Notes under the pieces: generated by a model | Told to the model about the DNA's origin: nothing | Database searches by the model: none | The model's input: the letters and a program-made list of their open reading frames with translations, nothing else | Assembly (NCBI RefSeq): GCF_964213995.1 | Contig: NC_135812.1 | Span: 40,052,001-40,116,000 of the forward strand | DNA from: Mustelus asterias | Lineage: Eukaryota | DNA: 64,000 nucleotides | Direction: 5' to 3' | Made by a program: the position numbers and the translations under genes | Shown here: positions 38,390-52,290 of the stretch, piece by piece | Numbering within the stretch: the stretch's first letter is position 1 | Layout: each line of letters begins with the position of its first letter

Positions 38390-39400
38390 CCAAACGAGAG
38401 GGAAGAATTTCAGAAATATGTTCAGGAGAATTTTCTTGACCATATGTTTCCAGCCCAACAGAGAAGGAGGCATTGCCTAGAAATGGTTCTGGGGAATTAA
38501 GTGAATCAAATGAATCAAGTGTCAGTGGAAGAATACCGTGGGAACAATGATCGTGGTATCACAAGCTTTAGATTTGCTATGGAAGGGTGAATGAGAATAT
38601 AAAAGCAGCCTGTCAGCTAACATAAAGGGAATCCAAAAAGTCTTCTATAGCCATATACATAGCAAAAGGGTGGGGCTGATTAGGGACCTAAAAAAGATGT
38701 GTGTGTGGAAGTAGAGGGCGTAGCAGCGATACTAAATGAGCACTTCTGCGTCTGCCTGATCAAGGAGAAGGATATTGCCAAAGTCATGGTGAAAGAGGAA
38801 GTGGCTAAAGTGGCTAAAATTGAGAAAGAGAAAGTATGAGAAAAGGCTGCCTGCATTCAAAGTTATTACTTCACTAGGACTGGATGCACCCAAACATACA
38901 GAAGGAAGTAAGGTTGGAAATTGTTGAGGCACTCGTCATCATTTTTCAGTCCACCTTAGATACAATGTCAAAGCCTGGAGATTTGTTCAAAAAAACGGTG
39001 TGAAGATATTTCAGCAACTACAGGCCAGTCTGTTTAACCCCAGTGGTGAGAAAGCCTTAAACAATAATCTGGGTCAAAATTACTTGGACAAGTGTGAATT
39101 AATTAAGGAAAACCAGAATAGATTTGTTAAAGACAAATTATCATCAATTAATCTGATTATGTTTTTTGATAAAGTAACAGAGAGGGCTAATGAGAATAAT
39201 GTTGTTGATATGACATCTGTGGCCTTCCAAAAGGGATTTGATAATGTGCCATATAAAAGTCTTGCCAGGAAAATTGAAGTCCATGGAATAAATGAAGCAG
39301 TGGCAGCGTGGATATGAAATTTATTCAGTGACAAGAAACAGAAGAGTACTGATGTATGGTTGGTTCTCAGACTATAAGAGCGTGTATGCAATTTTGAGGC
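38390..39400 (+). mobile_element. Degraded CR1 LINE
   Basis: ORF 39000-39317: LIKENQNRFVKDK..AFQKGFDNVPYK. Confidence 0.8.
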
Positions 39401-39429
39401 CCCTGGATGTTTTTGGATGGCAGTGATGC

Positions 39430-40700
39430 ACATATGCAGAACACTAATTACAGGAAATATTTCACTTGGTCTATTGTCCCTCCCAATATGTCACAATATA
39501 TGCCCATTAATGGGCATTTAAGATTACCAAAATAAATTGAGATGGTAGGAAAAAGGAGAGAGGACCAAGTGTTAATCAAGTTGTCTCAAAATTCTGGCAT
39601 TTTTGCTCTGATTTGACCAAGAGATTCAAGACATTTGGCTTTTGTCATCCTTGTATTTTATCTTTGATCTCCACGTGCTACTTTTGTAACAACCAACATA
39701 TCACATCCTATTCAGACTGAGTATCTAATTTCTACTTACGAAGATGATAAATCTGAGTAATTTTAACTAATATTTAATTGGGTTTCTTTGCTTATTGCCA
39801 AAGCTTGAAATTTCAGCAGGTTGGCACTTACTACCAAATAACTGTCTTATGTGCTTGGAGCCCAGTAGTCTGGAAACAGCCACTGATGATCATGCTTCTA
39901 AATCTGTCTCAGCACATAGTACTGATTGGCTGATATGAAATTAAAAGCATTAAATCAACACTGACATGCCGAACAGTGGATAATTGCAGTATGTCATAAA
40001 TTCTGTCATTCTTCTGAAAAATATCACTGTCTCAATTTAGTTTTTTAAAACTTTGGTTAACCCTTTATAGATTGTCATGATCCCATCTGCATATAATTAC
40101 AACAATAGAGAAAAAAATAAAACGTTTGATTTGCATGGATGTTTCACAAAAGGATATATCAAATATAGATACATCTGCCTGATTTTTAAATAATTTGATC
40201 CAATTATACAGATTGAGAGGGAGTCTTGGCTCAGTTGTGGCATTTCTGTCTTTGTTGAGAATTGCATCAGTTCAAACTCCATAAATGACAGTCTGGACAA
40301 CTGTAGGCAAGAATTCCAACCTCTAAATACTGTGTTAACATCTATCAGAGTACTTGCATGGGAGTAGAGTTGCAACCCTATATCACATCTAGATTTTTCT
40401 TACAGGGAGTCATGGGTCAGACTAATCCATGCAAAAAGGACTTTGTTATGGACATTGCTGGAAATAGGATTTTCTCAGTGTAAAGTTGTAAAAAATGGAT
40501 TGCCTTATGCACCATTAGTTCTGGAACAGATGGCAAATTATATAAATTCTAATGCTGAATTTGATCATACTCCTGCCATCGTTTTCCTACTGCACATAAC
40601 TTCAAGTTTGCAGTTCAGTATGTAAACATGGAAATACTGCTCTTAGAGTTAAGCGAACCTGACATCTTAATGTCTGATTCATTTTATACACATCAATTAT
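39430..40700 (+). pseudogene. Possible class I viral fusion (F) glycoprotein relic
   Basis: VILLKNITVSI*..IVMIPSAYNYNNREKNKTFDLHGCFTKGYIKYRYIC..ENCISSNSINDSLDNC; Cys spacing resembles the paramyxovirus F Cys-rich region. Confidence 0.3.
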
Positions 40701-40710
40701 TTAAAGCTCC

Positions 40711-43700
40711 TGTTATGGACAGATGGGATTAAATTTTAAACAGTACTGATTTATCTGTAAACAGAAAGGTATTTTTATTTTATTTTTGATTTCCCTCTTT
40801 ATAATTGCAGGTTTGGAGTGATCCAATCCTCTATTAATAACCCCATAATAAGATTGAGATAGGATTAAGCTAGAGGGTTAGCTTATTTTACACACATTCA
40901 AAATACGGGAAGAGGATTCATAATGCACCCCCCTCTCCTCCACCCCCCCGCCACCCTTATGACCAGACAATAAAAGAGGGTTAAGGAAAAGAAAGAGAGA
41001 TGCAGATCAGAGATTACAGACAAAATAAGGATTATTGTTTCACGAGTCCAGGGACCAGCATCATAAATCCAATAGTGGTGTATTTCTTCAGGGGGTTTAT
41101 TCGGCTGATGTGGGGTTATCCACTTTTCCAGTGGTGCTGATTTCCACAACGGGAGAAGCACTTAAAGACGAACTCATCTTGTAGTGGGCACTGGAACAAA
41201 AGATAGAAATACTGTAGATAAGGACCAGGTAATGTGAACCTGGACAGAACACTAGTTCTGCTGCTGTTTTGTTGATGGAAGATGACACACTGCCTCCATT
41301 GGCTTCACAAGGCAACATTACAGGTTTCAGCTGCTTGGGGGGGATTGAAGGTCATGTGACATAACTCCCACTTCTTCCCCTTGGTTTGGACAAAAGCTGT
41401 ATCTTCATGGTCTGGAATCTTGAGATGGTTAATGTAAGATCACTTGCATTTGGGAGAGATTAATCAGTAGAAATCTACCTGTGCAAAGTTCAAGCAGGAA
41501 CAGAAATTAAATAGCTGGCTCTGGAAAGTCAAACTTTAAGCAGAATTCACAGACAGGAGAAATTCAATTATTGCTGCTTACTGTCTATGTAGGAGAGCTG
41601 GTGAAGTTAAAATATGGCAGACTGGCTGAGAAGAAGAATCCATCCAGTAACAACACTTAACAGGCAGAAGAAGCCTGTAAAAAAACTTTTTTTTCACTGT
41701 TTTAATTTATTTTTGAAGCCTGCTGTTCCTATTCACACCTTAAATTACTGTTTTGTTGGCAGAGCTTCAGTGAACCCCAGAAATATCAGAACGTGCTCTA
41801 CAGTGCCACCGTTACAGTCAAGTAGCAATCTATGTCCAACTAAGACAGTGGCCACTAAAGGTACTGCAACTCAGATCAATATTTACTTTAGCAAGACTGT
41901 CAAAACAGCCTGAATAGTTGTCAACATTTCCACCTTAATAACCCTGCGAAAGGCCAAAAGATGACCATAACATTTCTAACAATCAATTGGAAGGCAGTGG
42001 ACCTCTTAGCCAAATTTACTTTGTTCCGATAATGCGACAAGCTTTGTTTTCTGGACCTCAATATTTCCAAACCAGTTGAACAAAATTGCTGCAGGCAATG
42101 AAGGCCTCCACAGACATGACATGCCAAGTCCATCTGACAACCATTTCAAAAATCCAGACAAAGTGTGGTCAACACTCAAAGATCAATTACAAATGAAGCT
42201 CAGCTTCAGAATACACTGCCTGGAATTTATATCTTTTAGGCAACAACCAACAAAGAAGGACCATTGACAAATTCATTAGCAGATGCGGGAGTGCAGGGGG
42301 GGGGGGGGGATTTTCCCATTCTGCCCACCACGGGGATCAGGGGATCATAGCAGCCGGGGGGGTGCGGGGGGGGGGGGTGAACCATGCAAAGGTCCATTGA
42401 CCTTGGAGGGGATTTTCTGGTTTTGGGGTGAGTGCGGCTGGAAAATCCCGCCCAAGGGGCATGATTGTGATTATAGTAGCCGAGTTAACTGACAGAAGAA
42501 TCAAACTCAAATAGATAGCAGCTACTCTGATAGAAGCATTCCAAAAAGGACCTTTCAGACCAAGTCAAAGATTACACCGTGGAAACACTACTGCAAAGCC
42601 ATATTACTAAGTATAGACTCTACAGGCTATGTGTAATTTGCCCAACAATGGCATGATAACAAATGCAGGCAAACCTAGTAAGCAATGTACATAGTGCAGC
42701 CTCACACATGTATCCAGGAACTCTCTAGTTGTTAACATTACATGCAAGGCAGGTAGTATTAAAGGACATTCTAGAGGGCTGCACGGTGGCATGGTAGTTA
42801 GCCCTGCTGCCTCACAATACCAGGGTTCCAAGTTCGATTCCAGCCTTGGGTGGCTGTCTGTGTGGTGTTTACATGTTCTCCCCGTGTCTGCGTGGGTTTC
42901 CTTCAGGTGCTCCGATTTCCTCCCACAGTCCAAAGATGTTTTCACACAGAGGGTGGTGAGTGTCTGGAACAAGCTGCCAGAGGTAGTAGTAGAGGCGGGT
43001 ACAATTTTATCTTTTAAAAAGCATTTAGATAGTTACATGGGTACGATGGGTATAGAGGGATATGGGCCAAATGCAGGCAATTGGGATTAGCTTAGGGGTT
43101 TTTAAAAAAAAAATAAGGGCGGCATGGACAAGTTGGGCCGAAGGACCTGTTTCCATGCTGTAAACCTCTATGACTCTATGTGCAGGTTAGGTGGATTGAC
43201 CATGCTAAATTGCCCCTTAGTGTCCGAAAATGTGTAGGCTCTATGGATTAGCCATGGGAAATGTGTGGTTATGGGGATAGGGCAGGGGAGAGGGCTTGGG
43301 TAAGATGCTCTGTCAGACAGTCAGTGTAGAGTTCATGGGCCGAATGGCCTATTCTGCATTATAGGGATTCTATGACACTGGAAGCACCAATGCAGAAGGC
43401 AAAGGATGGAACAAGTGGTTCAGCATCTTGAGAAGCAGCACCCAAAAGCCAGGCAGATAGAACATTCCAGTTAACCAAGACTGTGTACCAAACAGCATCA
43501 AGGCAAGATCAACAAAATGTCCAGCTTACCTACAAAATTAGGTGATGAGGATTACCACACATCAACACACAAAGTGAGCAGACTTCAGCATAGTGAATAC
43601 CAAATAATATATATTGGCATGGTGGTATCAACAGAACCTTTTGCCACCATCCAGATTATGCGCCACAGATACAGAGTTAGTGAAACCTACATGCAAAACT

Positions 43701-43835
43701 GGATGCCAAGATGCAAACATCCTTCCACTTCATATACTGAAGTGCATATACTCCAGAAATGGCAAGTGATGATTCAATTAGCCATCACAAAATATACCAT
43801 ATACAATAGCTCAGAGATTCCATCCCTACCTAACC
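40711..43835 (+). mobile_element. LTR-like sequence followed by degraded Gypsy gag/protease, with MITE, SINE and CR1 inserts
   Basis: TGTTATGG start at 40711; KLSFRIHCLEFISFRQQP and IDKFISRC gag-like segments; protease-like EPFATIQI region. Confidence 0.55.
42777..43375 (+). mobile_element. HE1-like SINE with a CR1 3' end inserted at about 42938-43180
   Basis: SINE body breaks at CCAAAGATG, CR1 FTQRVVSVWN plus tail, then the SINE resumes at TGCAGGTTAGG. Confidence 0.85.
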
Positions 43836-43837
43836 TC

Positions 43838-45183
43838 AGTAATGGGGAAGTTGCTAGAGTCCATTATCAAGGATTTCATAACTCAGCATTTGGAAAGCAG
43901 TGGTATAATCAGACAAAGTCAACATGGATTTACAAAAGGGAAATCATTCTTGACAAATCTACTGGAATTCTTTGAGGATGTAACTAGTAGAGTTGATGGA
44001 GGAGAACCAGTAGATGTGGTTTATTTAGACTTTCAAAAGGCTTTCGACAAGGTTTCACATAACAGACTACTATGTAAAGTTAAAGCACATGGGATTGCAG
44101 GTAATGTCTTGAGATGGGTAGAAAGCTGGTTAGCAGATAGGAAGCAAAGAGTTGGTATAAATGTGTCTTTTTCTGATTGTCAGTCAATGACTAGTGGGGT
44201 TCCTCAGGGATCTGTGCCAGGACCCCAACTGTTCACATTACATATTAATGATTTGGAAGAGGGAACTGAATGCATTATCTCCAAATTTACAGATGAGTGG
44301 GAGAGTGTGCCGTGAGGAGGATGCAGAGATGCTTCAGTATGATTTGGGCAGGTTGAGTGTGTGGGCATATGCATGGCAGATGAAATATAACGTGGATAAA
44401 TGTGAGGTTATCCACTTTGGTCGCAATAATAGACAGATTATTACTTGAATCTGTGTAAATTGAGAGAGGTGGATACTCAGATAGACCGTGGCATCCTCGT
44501 GCATCAGTCACTGTAAGTGCGCAGGTACAGCAGGCAGTAAAGAAGGCAAAAAGTATCTTGGCCTTCATAGCAAGAGGATTTGAGTATAGGGATAGGGATG
44601 TTTTGCTGCAATTGTATAGGGCATTGTGAGGCCCCAGTTGGAGTATTGTGTGCAGTTTTGGTGTTCTTATCTGAGGAAGGATATCCTTGCCATAGAGGGA
44701 GTACAGCAAACATTTATCAGGCTGATTCCTGGGATAACAGGTCTGTCATATGAGGAGAGACTAAATCGGTTAGGATTATATTCACAGGAGTTTATGAGAG
44801 CGGATCTCATAGAAACTTATAAAATTCGAACATGGTTAGATAGGGTGGATTCAGAAAGACTGTTCCCGATGGTGGGGGAGAACTAGGGGTCATTGTTTGA
44901 GGATAAGGGACCTTTTGGAACCTAGGTGAGGAGAAATTTCTTCACCCAGTGTGTGATGAATGTATGGAATTCACCACCATAGAAAATAGCTGAGGCCAAA
45001 ACGTTTTCTGATTTCAAGAAGAAATTAGATATAGCACTTGGAGCTAAAGGAATCAAGGGATATGGGGGAAAAGGAGGATCAGGATAGTGAATTTGATGGT
45101 CAGCCATGATCAAAGTGAATGGCGGAGCAGGCTCAAAGGGCCAAATGGCCTACTCCTGCTTCTAGTTTCTATTTTTCTATGAT
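43838..45183 (+). mobile_element. Degraded CR1 LINE RT
   Basis: SQHGFTKG, YLDFQKAFDKV, GVPQGS; tail TTTCTATG. Confidence 0.93.
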
Positions 45184-46379
45184 TCATTACATTCAAGTGT
45201 TGCTACAACTGTAACATTTATTTATAACAGTAATACAGAGGTTTGCAGCCTTATGGCTACCAGTCAGCTCCTGAGAAGGTTCTGGAACAGAAACTGAGCT
45301 TACCAGGGTGATCTCCTACCTTGCTTCTCAATTTGTTCCTTACGCCATGTGACCATTACTCCACAGATGGATCCTCAAAGGGAAATCACCACATACCTCC
45401 CCCCCAAGTCCTTTTATACAAATGTTAATACTCAATTTACACAGTCCAAGATGATTAAAAATTTAGTACATGAATTTAGTCAATTATAAATGAAGCCTTT
45501 CAGGGGGCTTCCAAATCCTTGGGCAGTGGCACAACTCTTCTGTCTGTGGTGCTTCCACACGGTTGCCATCAGGCAAAACCACAATGATGGGTGGCTCTTC
45601 AGGCACAGAAAGTTCAGTTATATCTGTATCCATGGAGGCATAGATTGTGCCTGCCGCAGGATGACTAAGTACTTCAGTGTCTAGACAATCAACTACATTC
45701 CCAAATGGCAATATAGCTCTTGATGGCAGTACTGCCTGCTGGAGCAACTCTTGCTCTCTGAAATTGTCAATGTGTTTCTGAACGATCCTTCCTTCTAAGT
45801 CCACTTGATAAGACAGGGTTTCAGTTCTCGATACGACTCCGCTATGCAACCCACTTCCAAAATTCCTCATATACGCGACTTCATTCACTGAAAACAACCA
45901 TGTTGACTTACGTGAATCATGGTTCGTCTTCTGATTGCTTTGGCTGGCCTCTCCCTCACCAGCAAATTTCAACAATGAGGCCCAGCCTCATTCTGAGATG
46001 ACAGTTTGTTAACAACTCTGTTGACAGGACTCCCGTTGTTGCATTTGGAGTGGTTCTATAGCCCAGGGTGAATCATGAGATTCTGGTCTCCAGGGTCCTT
46101 CTTGCCTACTTCTTTAGACCAGACATAAGGATTTGGATGGCTCCTTCAGCGAGTCCGTTGGATGTTGGATGGTAAGGCGCAGTCCTTGATACCATTGAGG
46201 GTGATGAAGTTCTGAAATTCAGCACCCGTGAAGGCTGTTCTATTGTCAGACGCTATGGAAGAGATTCTCCCAGCCTGTTGCACTGCTTTTGTAGCAATAA
46301 TTGCAAAGCCTCTGGCCTCCTCAGCTTGTTTATCTTCATCCATCCGGTGATGAATGAATCTGAGGACCCGTCTGAACAA

Positions 46380-46982
46380 AGCATTCATATCGAGCTTAAT
46401 GCAACTTAATGCTCAAAGGAACACTCCACAATGATCCCCACTAACCCCTGGAGACTCGAGTGGAGGCTGTTTCATGGACTGCCCGCAGGGCGCCACGGCC
46501 TCCGCACATCTCCGGCAGCCAAATTTCCAGCACCATCAGCTCTGCACCGGAAATCAGCACGGAGCTGCATTATTTATTTAAAACTTAATTTCCATACAAT
46601 TTAAATAGCATTAGCGGGCCCAGGACTGAAATCTCTGGGCCCGCTAGCTTCTCCCCACCCCCCCATGCCCCGACCAGGAGTGGTTCACCCCAGCGAGGTT
46701 TAGTATAGCACCGCCCTTGCTGGGAGCTGGAGGCCTGACCCCGCTGGAGTGAAGGGGGGGGGGACATTGAGGCCCCCCAGAGTGTTGGGTGCCGGGGTAA
46801 GGTACTCCCTGGGCATTGCCACCTCAGCAATGCCAGCCTGGGCCCCTGGAACTGCCTAATTGGCATTTTGGCCAATCAGAAGCAGGCTGGGGTTGGAGCG
46901 GTGCAAACTGCGGGAATTGCAGGTTTGGCTGAACAAGTCTGGGGGGACAGTGACCAGGTTGTGGCGGGGAGGGGGTGGGGGT

Positions 46983-47018
<36 letters not shown>

Positions 47019-47348
47019 GTTGGAGGGCCAGCAATGTGGTGGTCGCAGGGCTGGCCAGTGATTTAGCTGGCCAGCGATCGGGAGGCTGGCGGTGTGGGGC
47101 TACTGTGCATGCGCCAATCTCAGCACTGACAGATCGGCACATGCGCAGTGGCCCGCTCAGCACTATGCTGCCGTTTTCCCTGCGGGAATAGGCCCCGCCT
47201 ATTGAATTTGAGCATGATTCATGCTGAGACACTCTGCAATGCACAGTGTGAGAGATTCATTTTGAAACTCCCACAGAAAACAACAGTGGGATTTACTCCA
47301 ATTTGACGTGAATTCAACACTCAGACTTTTTGTGGAGAATCACCCCCT
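46380..47348. mobile_element. Harbinger-type MITE-like element with a long G tract
   Basis: Right end GGAGAATCACCCCC; body is the reverse of 15375-16554. Confidence 0.75.
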
Positions 47349-48282
47349 ATGACTTCTGGTATTCCAAGGATGGAGAAACACTGGTGTAGTTTCTCAACTG
47401 TAGTATGCAATGTCGGGAACTTCACCTCAAACAGTTCCATCCACTTTGATCACAAGCAGCAAAACATTTATGCCCATAAAGGGACCAACATAGTCAATTT
47501 CGACTTGTACCCAAAGCCAACCATGGGTGCAGTGTGCCTGCAGCAGACAATTTTTGTTGTAATTGGCACTGTTCATAGTGCTTGACCTGGCATCAATGCC
47601 AGCTCACCAGGCATAACTCTTGATGGGCATCATCTTAGATAGACCCGGATGGGTACTGTGTAATTCAGCTAGAGCAACTCTCCTCCTGGTACAGGGACAA
47701 CTACACTTGTTCCCTAGAGTATGATGCCATCTTGGCAACTCAACTAATCTTTTCATATGCAATATGGTTTCATCTCTTCAGAAACTGGCTTATTAGCCAT
47801 TAGTTTCCTGTGCCTCACTTTGGACAGTAGTGGATCTCAACTGGTCCAGTACTTGATCTGTTTTGCCGAGACTGGCAACCTGTCTAAGAAATTCAACACC
47901 ATGACAATTTCCTGCAACACTGGGAGATGTGTAGCAGTCTCTTGCAAAGGTAGGTGACAAAGTGCATCCGCATTTGTTATGTGTGTTCCAGGCCTGTGCT
48001 TGAAGGTATATACATAGGCAGAGAGGTTTAATACCCAATGTTGAATTCTTACTGTGCGAATGGCAGAATAGCCTTTTCTTCTTTAAAAGGATCCAAAAGC
48101 AATTCATGATCAGAAACAATGGTGAAGTGCCTACCGTACAAATACTGGTGGAATTTCAAGACAACAAAAACTTTTGACAATCCTTCTTTCTCAAACCTTT
48201 TCAGCTTCTGAAGGATTCTCAAGACATATCCTATTAGCCTTTCAGATCTGCCGTCCAACTCATGGGAGAACACCGACATCAT

Positions 48283-49332
48283 GGGCCCGATTTTACCATT
48301 TTGATTCTAAGTGCTGAATCTGGGCGCAATTCAGATCCGACTTGGAAACCTGTTTTCAGGCACCTCCATACGCAGTTACCCTGAAAAAAAAATCACAGCT
48401 CTGAATCGCGCTGTGCCCGAAATGCTGCAGCTCCGATTGGAGCTTTGAACTGCGCATGCGCACTGAAAAAATTTTTTGACAAAATGCGCCCCTGTCACAT
48501 CACTCCGGGGCCGCAAAAAGCGGATAAAGTGGTCCGGGAGCAATGGCCCCCACTGATATTGCCCCACTCCCACAACATAACTGTCCCCCTTATCCACCCA
48601 ACCCCCCAGTACCCAGACTGATCACGACCTCTGCCCCCCTTCCTCCACACCGATCACCTGCAGAGTGGCAGCGGACCCCCCTTCCCTCCCCACCGGAGAT
48701 CTATCTGGCCTCCCTGCCAACCCTCCCCACCACCTCCTCCCCCCCCCCCCCCCCCCCGCACTAGAGAGCGATCGGGCCTCCCTCCTCCCCACCAGAGAAT
48801 GTCTGGGCCTCCCTCCCCCCCATCAGAGAATGATCGGGCCTCCCTCCTCCCTTCCCCCACACCAGAGATACATCTGACCTGCCTCCCTCCTCCCTCCCCC
48901 CTCATCAGAGAACAATCTGGCCTCCCTTCCTTCCCCCACCAGAGGATGATCGGGCCTCCCTTCTCCTCCACCCCCCCCTCCCCAACCAGAGGATGATCGG
49001 GCCTCCCTCCTCCCCCGCCATGAGAGATACATCTGACCTGCCTCCCTTCCCCCAGCCCGCCCCCCCCCCCCCCTCTCCTTCCACCATCGATCTGAGTTAG
49101 AGAGCCGCTGGAAGCTCTGATTTTACCTCTTCAGAAGCTGGAGCACTCGAAACAGACCTTTGCCGAACATGTCTGTTTCGCACCGAATCTGGACACACGA
49201 ACGCGATGGTAAAGGGGGAAATGCTGGTAAAATTGGGTGGGCAGCCCGTTAATTCAATTTAAATGCATACATTTAACTTTACCAAGTTTTCACACCTGAA
49301 AACGGGCGCGACGCAATGGTAAAATCGGGCCT
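48283..49332. mobile_element. Intact MITE with 18-bp TIR and 3-bp TSD (PIF/Harbinger type)
   Basis: GGGCCCGATTTTACCATT / AATGGTAAAATCGGGCCT (17 of 18 match), TSD CAT at 48280-48282 and 49333-49335. Confidence 0.9.
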
Positions 49333-49940
49333 CATATGGTGAGGTGTCACAGGTTAACACCAATTCCTTAGAGAAGTCTAAATGAACCAATAAACTCGAT
49401 GAATGTAACAATTGCTTCACTATGTTAAAAGCTTTTCTCTGGTGCTTCTTCCAAAACCAACACTTGTGCTTCTTTAGCAGCATATGCAGAGGAACAAATA
49501 ATTTGACAAAATTGGCAAAAAATGCCTATAGTAATTCACCATTCCTAAGAATGACTTGAGCTCAGATGTGTTTCTGGGGGTCAGCACCTCTTTTATTTCT
49601 CTGACCTTGTCATCCATGGTGTATAACCCTTGTGCATCTATGCAATACCCCAGATAGGCTACCTCAGTGGCTTAAAAAGTACAGTTCTCCCTCTTGAGGC
49701 GAACTTTAGCTTCTTGAAATCTATTTAGCATCTCCTCTAAGTTAGCTGGGTGTTCAGTTTCTGTTGCTCAAGTTATCAAAACATCATCCAGATATAATAG
49801 AATTTATGGCAGTCCTTGCAATAGACTTTTCATTGTTCTCTGAAAAAAAGCACATGCTGATGACACACTAAAGGGCAGGTGCATATATTGGAACAAAACT
49901 TTTTGTGTGTTTATCGTGACATGACCTCAGGAAGTGTCAT

Positions 49941-50218
49941 TGATGCGCGATTGATTCACACGGGAGGCTAGGACGTACCCGGGAATAAAGGTTTTTATTC
50001 ACAACAAGATTGGAGCACACTACTTAACAATACTATCCCAGACTAAGGGCTACTGGGAAGTAGCAGTGACCTATATACTCCTGTAAGAAGGCGGAGCCTA
50101 ACGGAGTGTACCACATAAACAATGATAACAGGTGGAACACCCCAACCCTAACCCCAACAGTAACAAGAGTAACATATGTACAAGTATCCATAGTGGTAAC
50201 CATCTATGGTTCACCACA
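49941..50218 (-). mobile_element. Solo LTR related to Gypsy element 1
   Basis: TGATGCGCGA...GGTTCACCACA ends, TSD GTCAT on both sides, inserted in the RT of the old Gypsy. Confidence 0.93.
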
Positions 50219-52155
50219 GTCATCTAATTCAAGTTGCTGATATGCATGACTCACATACAGTTTTGTATTAGATTGACCTCTGACTAACTTTGCATATAAG
50301 CCTTCAATCTTCTGAAATAGATACTTATCTAACTTGGCAACCTGATTAAAAATATTGTCATACTTCTTCATTAACTCAGACTTAACCCCTTCCCATACTT
50401 GGAAGATCTCAATTCTAATTTAAATTGATTACCTTGAGCCAATAATGGCTCAAAAGACTTGGCCCTTGGCCTGACACTTATTACTGGGAGCTGAGCAGAC
50501 TACCGCCGATAGCTTACAGGTACCACAGTAATATCCTTTATCTCGATGGTTTCTCCTGTGTATGTTTTTAGTTCTGCTGTGGAACCCTCAAACTCAATAG
50601 CTGGACTATTTATTAAATATCAAAATATGTGTTCTGCTATCACTGAGGCTCCTGTATCAACTTCTGTCTTTAAGGGCTGACCATTTACTAAAAGAATCAC
50701 AGTGATGGGGGTTACCTTGTCCACTTTCACATTGAACAATGAGTGAACATTTAAATCCATAGAACTGGACCCTTCCATATTATGCACTTGCAATGTGTTA
50801 CTAACTCTGTTACTGGATAGACCAGACTTACTTTTACATCAGTGCCTTAAATGACATTTTCTGTGGCAGAAAAAACATTCACTTTCTTTACATCTGGAAG
50901 CTTTAGAGGAGTGATTACCCTCGCACCAGTAACACCAGTAACAATCCTAGGCAATTGATTGGTTCTCTTAAGTCTTCTTGCTCTATTCATGGCTGCATTT
51001 GCTTTCTATTTTAAAATTATGGGCGGAATTCTCCCAAAAAAATTCTAAGTGTCAAATTTACATGAAAACTGGTGTAATTCATGCTGTTTTTTTGAGTGGG
51101 AGTTCCGAGAAAATATGACTTCAGTCCCAGGCCTGCTAATCGCATTTAAATTATATTAAAATGATCATGTAAATGGTCTTTGTGCTTCCCTGCTGATTTC
51201 CGGCGTGGAGCAGATGCCACCACAAATCCGACGCTTGGAGACGCAAGCGGGGCGCGAACACTCGCGCAAACCCTGCAAATCTGCCGACACGAGAATATGC
51301 CGGGAGAATTGTAGCCTACATCTTCATTTTTGGCACTACAGCTGACTGCAGTTTCCTACCTTAACTGGTGAACTGTGCCATTTTGCACACCATTCTCAGT
51401 GATCTCCACCATCAGCGCCTTCTTAAAATTTATATCTGCATTTACGAATAGCTTCCTTCAGATGCCTTCATTATTTAATCCACAAATCAAATGTTCCCAC
51501 AGTATATAGTTGAGAGTGGCTCCAGAGTTGCAGTGCTCTGATATCTGTCTTAATCTAATAATCTAAGTTTAGTTGCAATGGTTTCCCTTGGGGCTCTCGC
51601 GGTTGTGTTAAACTTAAATCGCTGCAAGATTACCAATGGCTTCGGTTGGTAGTGTGTTTTCATCAATTCACCTATCTCAGTGAATGATTTGGAGTCGGAT
51701 GCGCTTGGGGATATGAGGCTGAGGATTAAATTGTAGGCCTGGGTCCCACAGAGGCATCAAAAAGATCTATCCATCTGAATAAAGGCTTATCTGCAAACAC
51801 TGTTCTGTTTCTCAACTTGAAGTGAACTTCAATATGACTTCATGGGCCGGAATTCTCCCAAAAAACTTCTAAGTGTCAAATTCACGTGAAAACTGGAGTA
51901 ATTCACATTGGTTTTTTTTCAGTGGGAGTTCAGAGAATAATCTCCCACACTCTGTGCACTGCAGAGGCCACCACTGTGAATATCATTGAATTTCGGGAGG
52001 CTGGGCCTATTTCCGATGGAGAGGCTGAAATCGGCACTCTGAGTGGGCCACTACGCATGCGCCGATCTGTCAGTACCAATATCGGCGCATGCACAGTGCC
52101 CCCACACTGATGGCCTCTTGATTGCTGGCCAGCTTGATCAGCGGAGATTCTCCTT

Positions 52156-52290
52156 GCTCTCAGCTCTGACAAACGGTCATCTAGACTCGAAACATTGATT
52201 CTATTCTCTCCCCACAGTCGCTGTCAGACCTGCTTAGATTTTCTGTTTTTGTTTCAGATTTCAGCATCCACAGTATTTCGCTTTTATTCT
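52156..52290 (+). mobile_element. Penelope-like terminal fragment with a hammerhead-like core
   Basis: CTGACAAACGGTCATCTAGACTCGAAAC followed by a GCTGTCAGACCTGCT..GCTTTTATT-type 3' end. Confidence 0.6.

Larger units (their letters stand above)
45185..51780 (-). mobile_element. Old Gypsy element (gag, protease, RT, RNase H, integrase, 3' LTR remnant) with nested inserts
   Basis: Minus strand: ILQRFKFN gag, VDTGAS protease, YLDDVLIT RT, LTCDTSPY RNase H, SDNRTAFTGAEF integrase; PPT next to the LTR edge at 45393. Confidence 0.85.

Noticed and set aside
46967-47018. Long G run giving poly-Gly and poly-Pro ORFs
   Set aside because: Low-complexity tract within a MITE; its length may be a sequencing artefact
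48660-49090. CRISPR-like spaced repeats
   Set aside because: Degenerate tandem units without unique spacers, in a eukaryotic context with no cas genes
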